Notes under the pieces: model-generated
Database searches by the model: none
Told to the model about the DNA's origin: nothing
What the model saw: only the letters and a program-made list of their open reading frames with translations
Shown here: positions 19,381 to 29,778 of the stretch, in pieces
Numbering within the stretch: the stretch's first letter is position 1
How the letters are laid out: each line of letters starts with the position of its first letter
Position numbers and translations under genes: made by a program
From: Nitrosopumilus sp.
GTDB lineage: Archaea > Thermoproteota > Nitrososphaeria > Nitrososphaerales > Nitrososphaeraceae
DNA length: 48,136 nucleotides
Direction of reading: 5' to 3'
Assembly: GCA_013821245.1 (NCBI GenBank)
Contig: JACDHC010000001.1
Coordinates: 1 to 48,136 of the forward strand

Positions 19381-19963
19381 ATGTTGAAAAAAAACACATA
19401 TAGATGCACTAACTGCAAAAGAACAACTACCAGAAAATATAATGCTGAACGCCACAATAAGATAGTTCATAATGAAATGGCTATTTTACATAATGATAAA
19501 ACCGGTTGTCGTCAAATAAAAGAATAACAAATACTGAACCTATTCATCCTAAAGCCAATAATGTGGATTTAGTTAAAAGGGCATTGAACTTTGAGATCAA
19601 TGATTTTGAAACGGGTTATCATGATTCTTACAGTAATACAATTGATATATATATGCAGAGAATTTAAAAAAATTTTTGAAAAAATATATCCTTTAGTTAA
19701 AGAACTTGACAGATTATTATCCGATAGACCGCATTTAGAAATAATAAATACAGTTGCAGAGATAATCATTTTTTCTTTAATGTCCTCAAATCCAGTTAAA
19801 TTTCTAAAGGATGCAATTAATTTTCATCATTAAATCAAAGGATTGAAAAAAGCATGCTTTTAGCATTTCTTGGCCTGGCCAGTTGAAATGTTTTTTGATA
19901 CTGCTTCGAAAAATGATCTATTTTGAAGCACCATATTTTAAGAATAAACTAAACAGCAACTAA
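19381..19963 (+). pseudogene. Frameshifted C2H2 zinc-finger protein gene
   Basis: 19381-19527 translates to MLKKNTYRCTNCKRTTTRKYNAERHNKIVHNEMAILHNDKTGCRQIKE* (C-x2-C-x12-H-x4-H). Coding-like text continues in other frames (TEPIHPKANNVDLVKRALNFEINDFETGY; EFKKIFEKIYPLVKELDRLLS..NPVKFLKDAINFHH*IKGLKKAC; EAPYFKNKLNSN*). Confidence 0.65.
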
Positions 19964-20191
19964 TTTAAAAACAGATAAAACATCAAGCAGGAGAAAGAGG
20001 TATTAAGAATATATCTCCAATAAATACTAGCAAAAAGAAATAGGAAAGCTTTTGGTTGGATAAAGAAACGAATGATTCAAATAATCAAAAACAAGATCTA
20101 CTGTCATAATACCGGGATGCAAATATTTAATAAATATTACAATTAAGACGATTAATATACATTTTACCATTTATAATAAAAAATGAAATAA

Positions 20192-21082
20192 TCAATGTTC
20201 ATGCCTATGTTTGTCTACATGAACATGTACATGAGAATGAGTTAAATCACCATGGCGATGAGAATGATAGATTTTTTTTAAAGTAGCATATAAAACAGAT
20301 AATCCAAATCCCAAAGTTACAAACATAACAATAGTAGGTCCTGAGGAAGAATCCAAGAAAAAGCTGAAATACATTCCAAAAAAACAAGCAACTATTCCTA
20401 TAGCAACAGATGACAATATAACATTGGTAAAATTATTCGAAAGCAACCTAGCAGAAATTGCTGGTCCAACTATTACTGCAGCAAGAAGTGTTACACCGAT
20501 AGAAGACATAGAAGCTATAATAACCGTTGCTAAAACAAAAGAAAATAATAATTCAACATAATATGTTTTTATTCCACTAATTTTCGCACTTTCATTGTCA
20601 AAGAATGTAAAAACTAATCGTTTGTGAAACAAGAAAAAGAATAATCCTGAAAGTATCGTAATAAGGATAATGATATACAGGTCTTGATCAGTTATAGACA
20701 AAACATTTCCAAATAATAGAGATTCAAAATTTCGGGTATAGCGATCGGTCATGCTTACTATTAAAACACCAAAAGCAAAAATTGCAGTGGTTACAAGACC
20801 TATTGCAGCATCAGGTTTGATTTTATTTCTTTTACTAATTTCATGGATAACAAATGAAGCTAAATAACTCCATAAAATAGCTCCAACATAAAAATTCATT
20901 CCTCCAATACTACTTATTATGGCTCCACCGAACGCAGCATGTGAAAGACCATGGCCAACATACGCAAGACCTCTTAATACAACATAAACACCAACTAAAC
21001 CACATATACCACCAAGTAAAACCGAAACAATAATACCTTTTATAAAAAATTCATATTGAAATGGGGAAAAAAAATCAATCAT
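20192..21082 (-). CDS. Metal ABC transporter permease (ZnuB/MntB family) with His-rich C-terminal tail
   Basis: GVYVVLRGLAYVGHGLSHAAFGG, LLFGNVLSI, SSGPTIV; tail HSHRHGDLTHSHVHVHVDKHRHEH. Confidence 0.92.
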   Translation of the reverse strand: MIDFFSPFQYEFFIKGIIVSVLLGGICGLVGVYVVLRGLAYVGHGLSHAAFGGAIISSIGGMNFYVGAILWSYLASFVIHEISKRNKIKPDAAIGLVTTAIFAFGVLIVSMTDRYTRNFESLLFGNVLSITDQDLYIIILITILSGLFFFLFHKRLVFTFFDNESAKISGIKTYYVELLFSFVLATVIIASMSSIGVTLLAAVIVGPAISARLLSNNFTNVILSSVAIGIVACFFGMYFSFFLDSSSGPTIVMFVTLGFGLSVLYATLKKIYHSHRHGDLTHSHVHVHVDKHRHEH

Positions 21083-21833
21083 TATCCTTGCGACTCAGTG
21101 TTTTATAATCAGGAAGTCCAAAGGTTTGTAAGAGTGTTGTTTCTTTGAGAACATCACGAGGGTAGCCTTCTGAAATCATACTTTTATTAAAACAAATAAC
21201 CCATGGAGACCTTTTCGCGATATTAGTTATATCGTGAGTAGACAAAATAATAGTCATCCCATTGTTGTTTAAATTTTTTAAAATTTCAAATATTTTCTCC
21301 CGGGATAAATAATCGAGTCCAGTTGTAGGCTCATCCAAAATAAGAATTTCAGGATTCCTTATCAATGCCCTACCAAGAAATACTCGTTGTTGCTCCCCTC
21401 CAGACAGCTCTCGAATATGCCTACTACCATAACTATCTAACCCCAGGATTTTCAAAATATCTTTAATCTGTTGTTTTAATTTCTTATCAATCCATGGCAA
21501 ATAGCTTTTATAATTCCATGAACCCATAGCTAATACCTCTTGAACCGAAACAGGAAAATTCCAATCAATTGTTTCAATTTGAGGGACGTAACCAATAGAT
21601 GGAATATAATGTAAAGGAATACCTTCGTCATCTATAAACTCCACATAACCATACCAAGGTTCATGTATACCGGAGATAATTTTCAATAGGGTGGTTTTGC
21701 CTGCTCCACTCGGTCCTACAATTGATACAAAACGGCCTTTTGGAATTTCCAAACTAACACCTTCAACAACATAATCATGATATGAAAAACCAAATGACAC
21801 ATTGATTAATTTTAACAAAGAGAAGGTACTCAA
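21075..21833 (-). CDS. Metal ABC transporter ATP-binding subunit (ZnuC-like)
   Basis: GPSGAGKTT, IGYVPQ..DWNFPVSV, LSGGEQQRV, LDEPTTGLD, STHD. Confidence 0.92.
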   Translation of the reverse strand: MSTFSLLKLINVSFGFSYHDYVVEGVSLEIPKGRFVSIVGPSGAGKTTLLKIISGIHEPWYGYVEFIDDEGIPLHYIPSIGYVPQIETIDWNFPVSVQEVLAMGSWNYKSYLPWIDKKLKQQIKDILKILGLDSYGSRHIRELSGGEQQRVFLGRALIRNPEILILDEPTTGLDYLSREKIFEILKNLNNNGMTIILSTHDITNIAKRSPWVICFNKSMISEGYPRDVLKETTLLQTFGLPDYKTLSRKDND

Positions 21834-21893
21834 TATCCATCAATGTGAATCATAATACCTATTTAACATTTTAAAAAATGAAAAAGACAGATA

Positions 21894-22928
21894 TTAATTA
21901 AATGTATTTCCAGGATCCAAAGCATTTAATTTCTCAATATTTCCTCCAAGAGGTATTACCATATTTCTCATATTATCAATCATCATACCCACGTAGGTAT
22001 GATTATTATCAGATATGTTACCAGGAAGTGCATCATCTCTCAATGTTTCAACAATAGCAACGTTAGATTCTTTTGCTATTTGATCCACTATTTTGCTTGA
22101 AAATACTTCAGACGCAAATATTGCGGGTACCTTTTCATTTTTAATCTGATCTATTAATTTTGCAATATCAAGAGGAGATGGTTCTGAAAAATCGGAAGGT
22201 TGAACAGCGCCTATTACAGTCATATTATAGCGTGGCGCAAAATATGCCCATGAGTCATGATATGTTACAAGTTCTCTGTTTTCTGGAGGTATGGTTTCAA
22301 CAGAGCTTTTAATACCTTCGTCCAGCTGTTTTAATAAGCTAATGTATCTATTAGAATTATCATTATAATAATCAGTATTATTTGGATCCATTTCAATCAA
22401 TTTATCACGAGTTAGATTAACAAATTGCAATGCATATGCTACATTCAACCATAAATGAGGATTTGGATGACCCTGTTCTTTGGGAAAACTAAAATCGAAA
22501 ATCCAATCAGTAGAATTAACAGTATTGTCACCAAGTTTTAATAATTGAATATTTGGATTCTTTTTCAATAGTTCATTAACAGCTTTTTCAATATTATCCT
22601 CAAGGAATAAACCATTTATAATCACGAGATCCGCTTTATTTAATTTTATCACATCAGAAGGCACTAATTCGAATGTGTGTGAATTTACGCCCTCAGGTAC
22701 TAGACCTGTTAAATTTATTTTATCTCCACCTACATTCTGCACCATATTAGTTATAGGAGACACGGAAGTTACAACTGAAAGGGCTTCATTTAATGCGTAA
22801 ACAGAGTTTATTTTATTTTCACCACCAAATTCAATATGTCCCAAGATAAGAACTGAAAAAGAAACTATTGAAAATGCAATAAAAAATCTACGTTGTTGTT
22901 TCAAGAACAAATCGATACAATTAGCCAT
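21894..22928 (-). CDS. Metal ABC transporter substrate-binding protein (ZnuA/TroA, cluster A-I)
   Basis: N-terminal anchor; ligand motifs NSHTFE, NPHLWL, YHDSWAYF, LRDD. Confidence 0.92.
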   Translation of the reverse strand: MANCIDLFLKQQRRFFIAFSIVSFSVLILGHIEFGGENKINSVYALNEALSVVTSVSPITNMVQNVGGDKINLTGLVPEGVNSHTFELVPSDVIKLNKADLVIINGLFLEDNIEKAVNELLKKNPNIQLLKLGDNTVNSTDWIFDFSFPKEQGHPNPHLWLNVAYALQFVNLTRDKLIEMDPNNTDYYNDNSNRYISLLKQLDEGIKSSVETIPPENRELVTYHDSWAYFAPRYNMTVIGAVQPSDFSEPSPLDIAKLIDQIKNEKVPAIFASEVFSSKIVDQIAKESNVAIVETLRDDALPGNISDNNHTYVGMMIDNMRNMVIPLGGNIEKLNALDPGNTFN

Positions 22929-23012
22929 AATTTGAAATAGTGAAATAAAGAGATTAGTTTTTTTAAAGAAATAATCAACAAACTACATCTTAAAAGATAT
23001 ATATAGACTCTG

Positions 23013-23954
23013 CTATGTTTTTCTCATTTTACTGAATGATATATTTAAAACCTTTTTTCTGATTATTCCAATAATTAAATATATTATATTTTTTATATCA
23101 AAAACATATTGACCAAGCAATCGAACTAGTAAACCATTGTCATCGGGCAATTTTGTACACCCTCCTACAACATTATTTAAATTCAAATTGTTTAAGAGTA
23201 CATTTATTTCGTTCTTAGTCTCTAAAACGTAACTTTTAGGCAACAATATATAAATATTTCCTAATATGTCATAATGATTCATAATACCAAAAGCTTTAAT
23301 GTTTTCTTTTTTGGGTTCTAGTTTTGCGATATCAATAAAACGCGTTTTGTTTTGATGATTTACAGATTTGACTTTCATATAACATATATCATATTCAAAA
23401 GATTCATCACTTGCAACTCTCCCTGGGGTCAATATTTCAGAATATATGCATGTGGCAGTATCATGAACTCGAATATTAGAGACCTGGTAATATTTAGAAT
23501 TTTTAAATGGTATTATCTGATCCGGAATATACTCCAAATAGCAATATTCATCGATATCCAAATTTATTATCTGAGTTCCAAAATTTTTATTCATTTTATA
23601 AATTCTTGTTGCACTTTGAGTAGTAATATGAGATTTGGCTGATTTTTTAAGCGTAATATCAGTTCTATATCGATCGCCTTGCAGTATTCCACCTGATGGT
23701 GAAATAATATAAACATATGCCATTTCAGGGCAGGTTTCTTCAAGATAAAGAGCACGTTTTATACATAATGGAACTTTATAAAATTGATTTTTTATAGATG
23801 TTTTGTTATTATATTTATCTTTCTCTAAATCTAATTGTAAAATACCAAGTTTACCAGATATTCCAACAGATAATTGTTCTAATGGTGTATCGTATTCTAA
23901 TATTTCAGATGGAATATCAGCAGGCGTACAAAAAGAAAGATCGTAAATACTCAT
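23013..23954 (-). CDS. ureD: Urease accessory protein UreD
   Basis: SPSGGILQGD, ITTQSATRIY, LEYIPDQIIPF, EILTPGR. Confidence 0.93.
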   Translation of the reverse strand: MSIYDLSFCTPADIPSEILEYDTPLEQLSVGISGKLGILQLDLEKDKYNNKTSIKNQFYKVPLCIKRALYLEETCPEMAYVYIISPSGGILQGDRYRTDITLKKSAKSHITTQSATRIYKMNKNFGTQIINLDIDEYCYLEYIPDQIIPFKNSKYYQVSNIRVHDTATCIYSEILTPGRVASDESFEYDICYMKVKSVNHQNKTRFIDIAKLEPKKENIKAFGIMNHYDILGNIYILLPKSYVLETKNEINVLLNNLNLNNVVGGCTKLPDDNGLLVRLLGQYVFDIKNIIYLIIGIIRKKVLNISFSKMRKT

Positions 23955-23973
23955 TAAAATTACCGTTATTATG

Positions 23974-24630
23974 CTAAATTTTTATCTTAGATTTTGGAGG
24001 TGCATTAAATAATACATCTTTAATAACATAATCTGTTGCTTCTCTGACACCTTGACCAGTCTTACTGTTAACAAAAACAAACGGTTTATCACGTCGTATA
24101 ATCTTTGCATCTCTTTCCATTACACCAAGATCAGCACCAATAAAGGAAGCAATATCAATTTTATTAATTACCAAAAGATCACATGTTTCTATTCCAAGGC
24201 CACGTTTTCTTGGGTATTTATCTCCTCCGGAAACATCAATAATGTAAATAAAATAATCAGCAAGTGCAGGGCTAAAAGTAGTTGTAATATTGTCACCACC
24301 ACTTTCAATAATTATTAAATCAAGGTTTGGGTGTTTGATCTCCATTTCTTCTACAACTGATATGTTAATTGATGGGTCTTCCCTTACAGCAGTGTGAGGA
24401 CATCCACCTGTAGCGATACCAATGACTAGATCCTCCGGCATCAATCCTTTTTCGGTAGCAAGATTTTTCCGCATTCGCTCAGCATCTTCCTTTGACACAA
24501 CATCATTAGATATAATACCAACATCATACCCCTCGTGTTTTAGGATAGGAACCATTTGTTCAATTAACATTGTTTTTCCTGAACCGACTGGCCCACCTAT
24601 TCCAATGCGAGGAATTCTTGAAAGAGACAC
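23974..24630 (-). CDS. ureG: Urease accessory GTPase UreG (GTG start at 24630 preferred over 24684)
   Basis: RIGIGGPVGSGKT, TGGCPHTAVREDPSIN, IESGGDN, LVINKID. Confidence 0.95.
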   Translation of the reverse strand: MSLSRIPRIGIGGPVGSGKTMLIEQMVPILKHEGYDVGIISNDVVSKEDAERMRKNLATEKGLMPEDLVIGIATGGCPHTAVREDPSINISVVEEMEIKHPNLDLIIIESGGDNITTTFSPALADYFIYIIDVSGGDKYPRKRGLGIETCDLLVINKIDIASFIGADLGVMERDAKIIRRDKPFVFVNSKTGQGVREATDYVIKDVLFNAPPKSKIKI

Positions 24631-24649
24631 AGAAAAATAGATAAAAAAA

Positions 24650-25375
24650 TTAAGTAATAAACATTTTGGAATCCATCTGTTCATGATGTATTTGAATTAT
24701 ATCCAATTGTGGAATAAATTGCCACATGCTAGAATAAGATCGGTTAACATTATTGATTACGTTTGATAAAATCACAGGTTTCATTTCGTGAATAATTCGC
24801 TGTCCATCATAATGTTGAATAATGCCTAAACGTAATGCTGCTCCGACTACACTTATGGTGAAACCATAAAGCAACATTAAACCTGATCTCTCTTTTTTTA
24901 TATTCATAGCATTGCAAGATAATGCGAAAGATACAGGATAAACACCTTTTGCCGATCCATCTTTAATATTTTTCAAATAAAAGTTAACATATTCATTATT
25001 ATCTGTAAAAGAAGAGATACATTTTAAAAGTTGAATTCCAGATCTTATTGAAGCTGATCTAGTTTCTTCTATCAATCGCATAAAATAATACATATTATCT
25101 AATTCTAACAGTGTAGAATAATTATTTTTTTGAATACAATTGTATACATTACCGATAACAGAACAATCTGTTGGTCCTACTTGTTGCGATAGATATGCCC
25201 TAATAAAATCAAAAATATCATTATAAGTTAATTTTTTATCTTTGTTTTTATTGTAAAATAATAACTCTAAACCATTTGAATTGGTATATAATCCGGTCGG
25301 AAAAAAAGAATCGGATAGCTGTAAAAAGCTAATATCATCTATTGATATAAAGTTGTCATCATTTTCAATGTTCAT
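24650..25375 (-). CDS. ureF: Urease accessory protein UreF (ATG at 25375 preferred)
   Basis: LQLSDSFFPTGLYTNSNGLE, AALRLG, C-terminal HHEQMDSKMFIT. Confidence 0.93.
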   Translation of the reverse strand: MNIENDDNFISIDDISFLQLSDSFFPTGLYTNSNGLELLFYNKNKDKKLTYNDIFDFIRAYLSQQVGPTDCSVIGNVYNCIQKNNYSTLLELDNMYYFMRLIEETRSASIRSGIQLLKCISSFTDNNEYVNFYLKNIKDGSAKGVYPVSFALSCNAMNIKKERSGLMLLYGFTISVVGAALRLGIIQHYDGQRIIHEMKPVILSNVINNVNRSYSSMWQFIPQLDIIQIHHEQMDSKMFIT

Positions 25376-25907
25376 GAATATCGAATCCTTGATCAGGTTC
25401 AAAAATTATGTTATCAGTATTTATAACAACATGATCCTTTAAATGAGATAAAAGCCTTTGAAAAAGGTCTATCTCATCTATACTCTGAATTGGAAAAATG
25501 ATTTTGTTTTCTTCTAATTTCAAAGGTCGGTGTAGATTACCAATAGTATGACCTATTTTTATTGCCATGTTTATCAAATCAGAATTATTGTTTTGTCCAG
25601 TGTATTTAGAAGAAGATAATGAAATTTTTAAACTTAATACTGCCACAAGTTCTGTAGATAATTCTACTAGTATCATTTTAGCAGTATCCAAAAAAACTAC
25701 ATCGCGGTCCTTAAGCCTGCTCCTAGATGGCAAAATAAATCCAATATCCGTACCCTTGTCTGAAGTTTTCCTCATCCGGACTTTTTCTGACTCTGATCTT
25801 TGGATTATTACATTTTCAACAAGATTCTTTTGAAACAACTCTTCATATTTTTGATTTAGAATTGGATCCTTTTTTATATTTCCTAAAATAGATGTAATTG
25901 TCAACAT
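25365..25907 (-). CDS. ureE: Urease accessory nickel chaperone UreE
   Basis: KVRMRKTSDKGTDIG, IGHTIGNLHRPL, FEP; ends DIHEH with no long His tail. Confidence 0.9.
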   Translation of the reverse strand: MLTITSILGNIKKDPILNQKYEELFQKNLVENVIIQRSESEKVRMRKTSDKGTDIGFILPSRSRLKDRDVVFLDTAKMILVELSTELVAVLSLKISLSSSKYTGQNNNSDLINMAIKIGHTIGNLHRPLKLEENKIIFPIQSIDEIDLFQRLLSHLKDHVVINTDNIIFEPDQGFDIHEH

Positions 25908-25954
25908 AAGATATCATATAATTTCATCATTACAATAAAAACAATTCATTAATT

Positions 25955-26377
25955 TTAATTGTTATTATTCGCATTATCTGAAGTATAGATAGAAGATGAA
26001 TTAATATTATGTAAATCGATATTGGTATCGGGACTTATATTTCTTAATTTCTTTACAGATTCAATCATATTTAATAAATTTTGAGTGTAATCATATTTGC
26101 CATAATTTTGGTAACCATCCGGTCGAATTAAAGCAAATATAAAACCACCATTAGATATTTCAATTGTAGAACCTACTTCAAATTTTTCACACACTATACA
26201 ATTTTTAACCAAATGGACAGGATAATCCAAATTAAGATGGGATTTTGGATCTATCAATCCTGACAAAGAGGATATTTTTCCTGATTTTACAACTGCATGT
26301 CTTATTTTTAATGGATCGATTATAAGCACAGATTCTTTTTCAATATTGGATTTTTCAACACAATGACGAATTTTCAT
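25955..26377 (-). CDS. Uncharacterised protein in the urease cluster
   Basis: 140 aa; starts 8 bp after the chaperonin stop; contains IDPKSHLNLDYPVH and CIVC. Confidence 0.8.
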   Translation of the reverse strand: MKIRHCVEKSNIEKESVLIIDPLKIRHAVVKSGKISSLSGLIDPKSHLNLDYPVHLVKNCIVCEKFEVGSTIEISNGGFIFALIRPDGYQNYGKYDYTQNLLNMIESVKKLRNISPDTNIDLHNINSSSIYTSDNANNNN

Positions 26378-26385
26378 TGTTATAA

Positions 26386-27945
26386 TTACCTTCTTGAATC
26401 AGCAACAGATTGAGGATTAAGATCATCAGCTGCAAGATTTTTATCTATTCTTAATACGGATTTTGCCATTTCACCTGATGCTTGTAAAGCCATTGTTTTA
26501 ACCAAAACAGGATCTAAAATACCTATTGACACCATGTCAACAATCTCACCGGTATCAATATCAACCCCATAGCCATCAGGAGAAGCTTTGGCAGTCATCA
26601 CTTTTTCAAGTCCATTAAATCCAGCATTTGTTAATATCTGTCGCATTATGCTTTCTAGTGCAGAGGTAACAACCTCAAGACCAACCTGCTCCAGTCCTTT
26701 AAGTTTAAGTTGCTTAATTTTTTCAATTAGATGTAACTCTGCTGCACCACCGCCTGGTACAACCCCATAGTTTAATGCGGCTTCTGCAGCATTTATTCCA
26801 TCAATTGTTGATCTCCATCGTTCTAAAGATATCTCTTTAGTAGACCCAGAAATTAAAATAGTAATAATTTTTTTTCCTAAACCATTTTCTAAATAAATTA
26901 TTCCAATGTTCTCATCTTCATATATTTTTTCAGAGGTACCAAGAATATCTTTATTTTTCAAATCATCTAAATTTCTCACTGGTTTTGCCCCGGTATATCT
27001 TGACAAATATTCTATTTCTTCGGTTGAAATGTGGACTGCAAAAATACCTTTTGATACAAACAGGTCTTCAACTATTTGATCCACTTCAGGTGATGCAATA
27101 AATAGAGTATTTGCACCTGTCTCAAGAATTGCATCAACTATTCTTTTGGATTTTTCTAATCGATCATTTTCCATTTTGAGAATATCTTGATATTTGCTAT
27201 TCTCCTTAATCCAAGATTCCTTAATAGGTTTTAAATCTAATTTCAATATCAAAATTTTAGCATTATTTACATGTTTAGGTAATTCGGGATCCAATCTTCT
27301 TCTCTCTAAAATAACTCCATTTACAATTTTATCATCCATATCAGTTCGTCTAACTACTTTAATTGATTTATCAAAATCATATGTACCATCGTAAATTGCA
27401 TCTTTGCCTGCAGACCTTAATGCAGAAACAACCATTTTATGTAACACATTCCCATCTAATTTTGAAGATAAACTAGTTTTTACTATTTGATCCAGTTCTA
27501 TTTCATCTAAACTGATTTTTTTTGCACTTTTTTTTAACAAATCACAAGAATGTTTTACTCCACTTTCTATGCCTTCAACAACTTTTGTAGGATGAACAGC
27601 TAATTCACGAATTAACCTTTTTCCTTCTTTGATCATTTCAGCAGCAAGAATAACTGCGGTAGTGGTACCATCTCCTACTTTTTGTTCCTGTCTTTCAGCA
27701 ATCTCCACAATCATTTTTGCAACTGGATGAATTGCCCTCAAAGATAAAAGAATTGTAACACCATCATTTGAAACATGTCTATTCATAGCCTGATCAATTA
27801 AAAGTTTGTCCAAACCTTTCGGCCCTAGAGTGGTTCTTACTGTATCAGCGACTGCCATTACTGCATTAGAATTTGATTCTAGTGCATTAAATTCAATATT
27901 TTCTGCAATTGGTTTCCAAACTCCATAATTTTGGGATGAAGACAT
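26386..27945 (-). CDS. Divergent group II chaperonin (thermosome/TCP-1 family)
   Basis: VRTTLGPKGLDKLL, SNDGVTIL, VGDGTTTAV, TSLSSK, VVPGGGAAE, GILDP, SVLRID. Confidence 0.93.
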   Translation of the reverse strand: MSSSQNYGVWKPIAENIEFNALESNSNAVMAVADTVRTTLGPKGLDKLLIDQAMNRHVSNDGVTILLSLRAIHPVAKMIVEIAERQEQKVGDGTTTAVILAAEMIKEGKRLIRELAVHPTKVVEGIESGVKHSCDLLKKSAKKISLDEIELDQIVKTSLSSKLDGNVLHKMVVSALRSAGKDAIYDGTYDFDKSIKVVRRTDMDDKIVNGVILERRRLDPELPKHVNNAKILILKLDLKPIKESWIKENSKYQDILKMENDRLEKSKRIVDAILETGANTLFIASPEVDQIVEDLFVSKGIFAVHISTEEIEYLSRYTGAKPVRNLDDLKNKDILGTSEKIYEDENIGIIYLENGLGKKIITILISGSTKEISLERWRSTIDGINAAEAALNYGVVPGGGAAELHLIEKIKQLKLKGLEQVGLEVVTSALESIMRQILTNAGFNGLEKVMTAKASPDGYGVDIDTGEIVDMVSIGILDPVLVKTMALQASGEMAKSVLRIDKNLAADDLNPQSVADSRR

Positions 27946-28036
27946 AAATTAAAACAATACTCCTGAAAGATAAGTTTATCAGAAAATAAGCAAGAAAAAA
28001 ATAGATTATTTTTCTATATTTTTAATAATTAGATTA

Positions 28037-29764
28037 CTATGCCATAAAGTACCTTTGTGCAAGACTTAGCTCCTTTGCTGGATCAACTGTTGCAATTTCA
28101 CCATCTACTCTTACCTCATATGTTTCGGGGTCAACTGTGATTTCAGGTGTTTTATCATTCCATATCATATCTTTCTTACCAATAGTTCTACAATTTTTAA
28201 CAGCTAATGTAGTTTTTTCTAATCCTAATTTTTGAGGAACTCCTAACTCTATAGATTTTTTAGACATAAATGTAAATGAAGTTTTTTTGACTGCACGACC
28301 CATTGCACCAAACATTGGTCTGTAATAAACTGGCTCGGGAGTTGGAAGAGAAGCATTAGGGTCACCCATTATAGACCACGCAATAAATCCACCCTTAAAA
28401 ACCATTTTTGGTTTTGCAGCAAAGAAACCAGTATTATACATCACTATATCAGCATATTTACCGGTTTCAAGTGAACCCAAATAGTCAGATACACCATGAG
28501 TAATTGCACAATTGATAGTAGTTTTTGCAATATATCTTTTGGCTCTTAAATTATCGTTGTCGCCTTCTTCCTCTTTTAATTTTCCTCTCATTTTTTTCAT
28601 TTTATCTGCAGTTTGCCATGCACGAATTACTACCTCGCCGATTCTACCCATAGCTTGACTGTCAGAAGAATACATGCTCAACACACCTTCATCATGCATT
28701 ACGTCTTCGGCAGCTATTGTTTCAGCACGAATCCTGGAATCTGCAAAGGCCACATCTTCAGCCACAGCTGGATTTAAGTGATGGCAAAACATCAACATAT
28801 CCAAATGTTCATCAACAGTATTTATTGTAAATGGTCTAGTTGGATTAGTTGATGAGGGTAAAACATTTTGTTCCCCAGCTATAGCAATAATATCTGGAGC
28901 ATGACCACCACCTGCCCCTTCGGTATGATAAGCATGTACTACCCTGCCATCTATTGCACTTATTGTATCTTCAAGATAACCACATTCATTTATGGAATCT
29001 GTGTGTATTGCAAGTTGTGTATCAGTCATATCAACAGCTCGTAAAGATGCATCCAAAACTGTATTCGTTGTACCCCAGTCTTCATGATCTTTAAGTCCAC
29101 AAGCACCAGCTTCAATTTGTTCTAATTGAGTAGCTAATGAAGGATGAGAATCATTGCCTTTTCCCAAAAATCCCCAATTAACGGGTATATCCTCCACTGC
29201 TTCAAGCATTCTACTAATATTAAATGTGCCTGGCGTACAAGTTGTAGCATTTGTTCCATCAGCTGGACCAGTACCACCACCTATCATATTACATATACCA
29301 TTGCTTATTCCATCGATATACTGTTGTGGAGAAATCATGTGAATATGAGTATCAAAGTGTCCAGGGGTACAAATTGTATGCTCACCTGCAGTGGCTTCTG
29401 TACAAGCAGAAACTATCAGGTTTCTATCTACATTATCCATTACTAAAGGATTGCCTGCTTTTCCTATTCCTGCAATTTTTCCATCTTTTATACCTATATC
29501 TCCTTTTACTATACCAATTACAGGATCCATAACAACTGCATTTGTAATTACAAAGTCTAAAGCACCATTTGCACTAGTAATTCCAGAGGTTTGAGCTAAA
29601 CCATCTCTTAAAGTTTTACCACCACCAAAAACACATTCGTCTCCAGGTGAGATCAAATCTTTCTCGATCTCAACAAAAAGATCAGTATCGCCTAAACGAA
29701 TTTTATCACCAGTAGTGGCACCATATAAATCAGTATACTGTTTTCGAGTTAATTTTAATACCAT
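28037..29764 (-). CDS. ureC: Urease subunit alpha
   Basis: [60 protein letters not shown]. Confidence 0.98.
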   Translation of the reverse strand: MVLKLTRKQYTDLYGATTGDKIRLGDTDLFVEIEKDLISPGDECVFGGGKTLRDGLAQTSGITSANGALDFVITNAVVMDPVIGIVKGDIGIKDGKIAGIGKAGNPLVMDNVDRNLIVSACTEATAGEHTICTPGHFDTHIHMISPQQYIDGISNGICNMIGGGTGPADGTNATTCTPGTFNISRMLEAVEDIPVNWGFLGKGNDSHPSLATQLEQIEAGACGLKDHEDWGTTNTVLDASLRAVDMTDTQLAIHTDSINECGYLEDTISAIDGRVVHAYHTEGAGGGHAPDIIAIAGEQNVLPSSTNPTRPFTINTVDEHLDMLMFCHHLNPAVAEDVAFADSRIRAETIAAEDVMHDEGVLSMYSSDSQAMGRIGEVVIRAWQTADKMKKMRGKLKEEEGDNDNLRAKRYIAKTTINCAITHGVSDYLGSLETGKYADIVMYNTGFFAAKPKMVFKGGFIAWSIMGDPNASLPTPEPVYYRPMFGAMGRAVKKTSFTFMSKKSIELGVPQKLGLEKTTLAVKNCRTIGKKDMIWNDKTPEITVDPETYEVRVDGEIATVDPAKELSLAQRYFMA

Positions 29765-29778
29765 TTTTTCATTACCTC

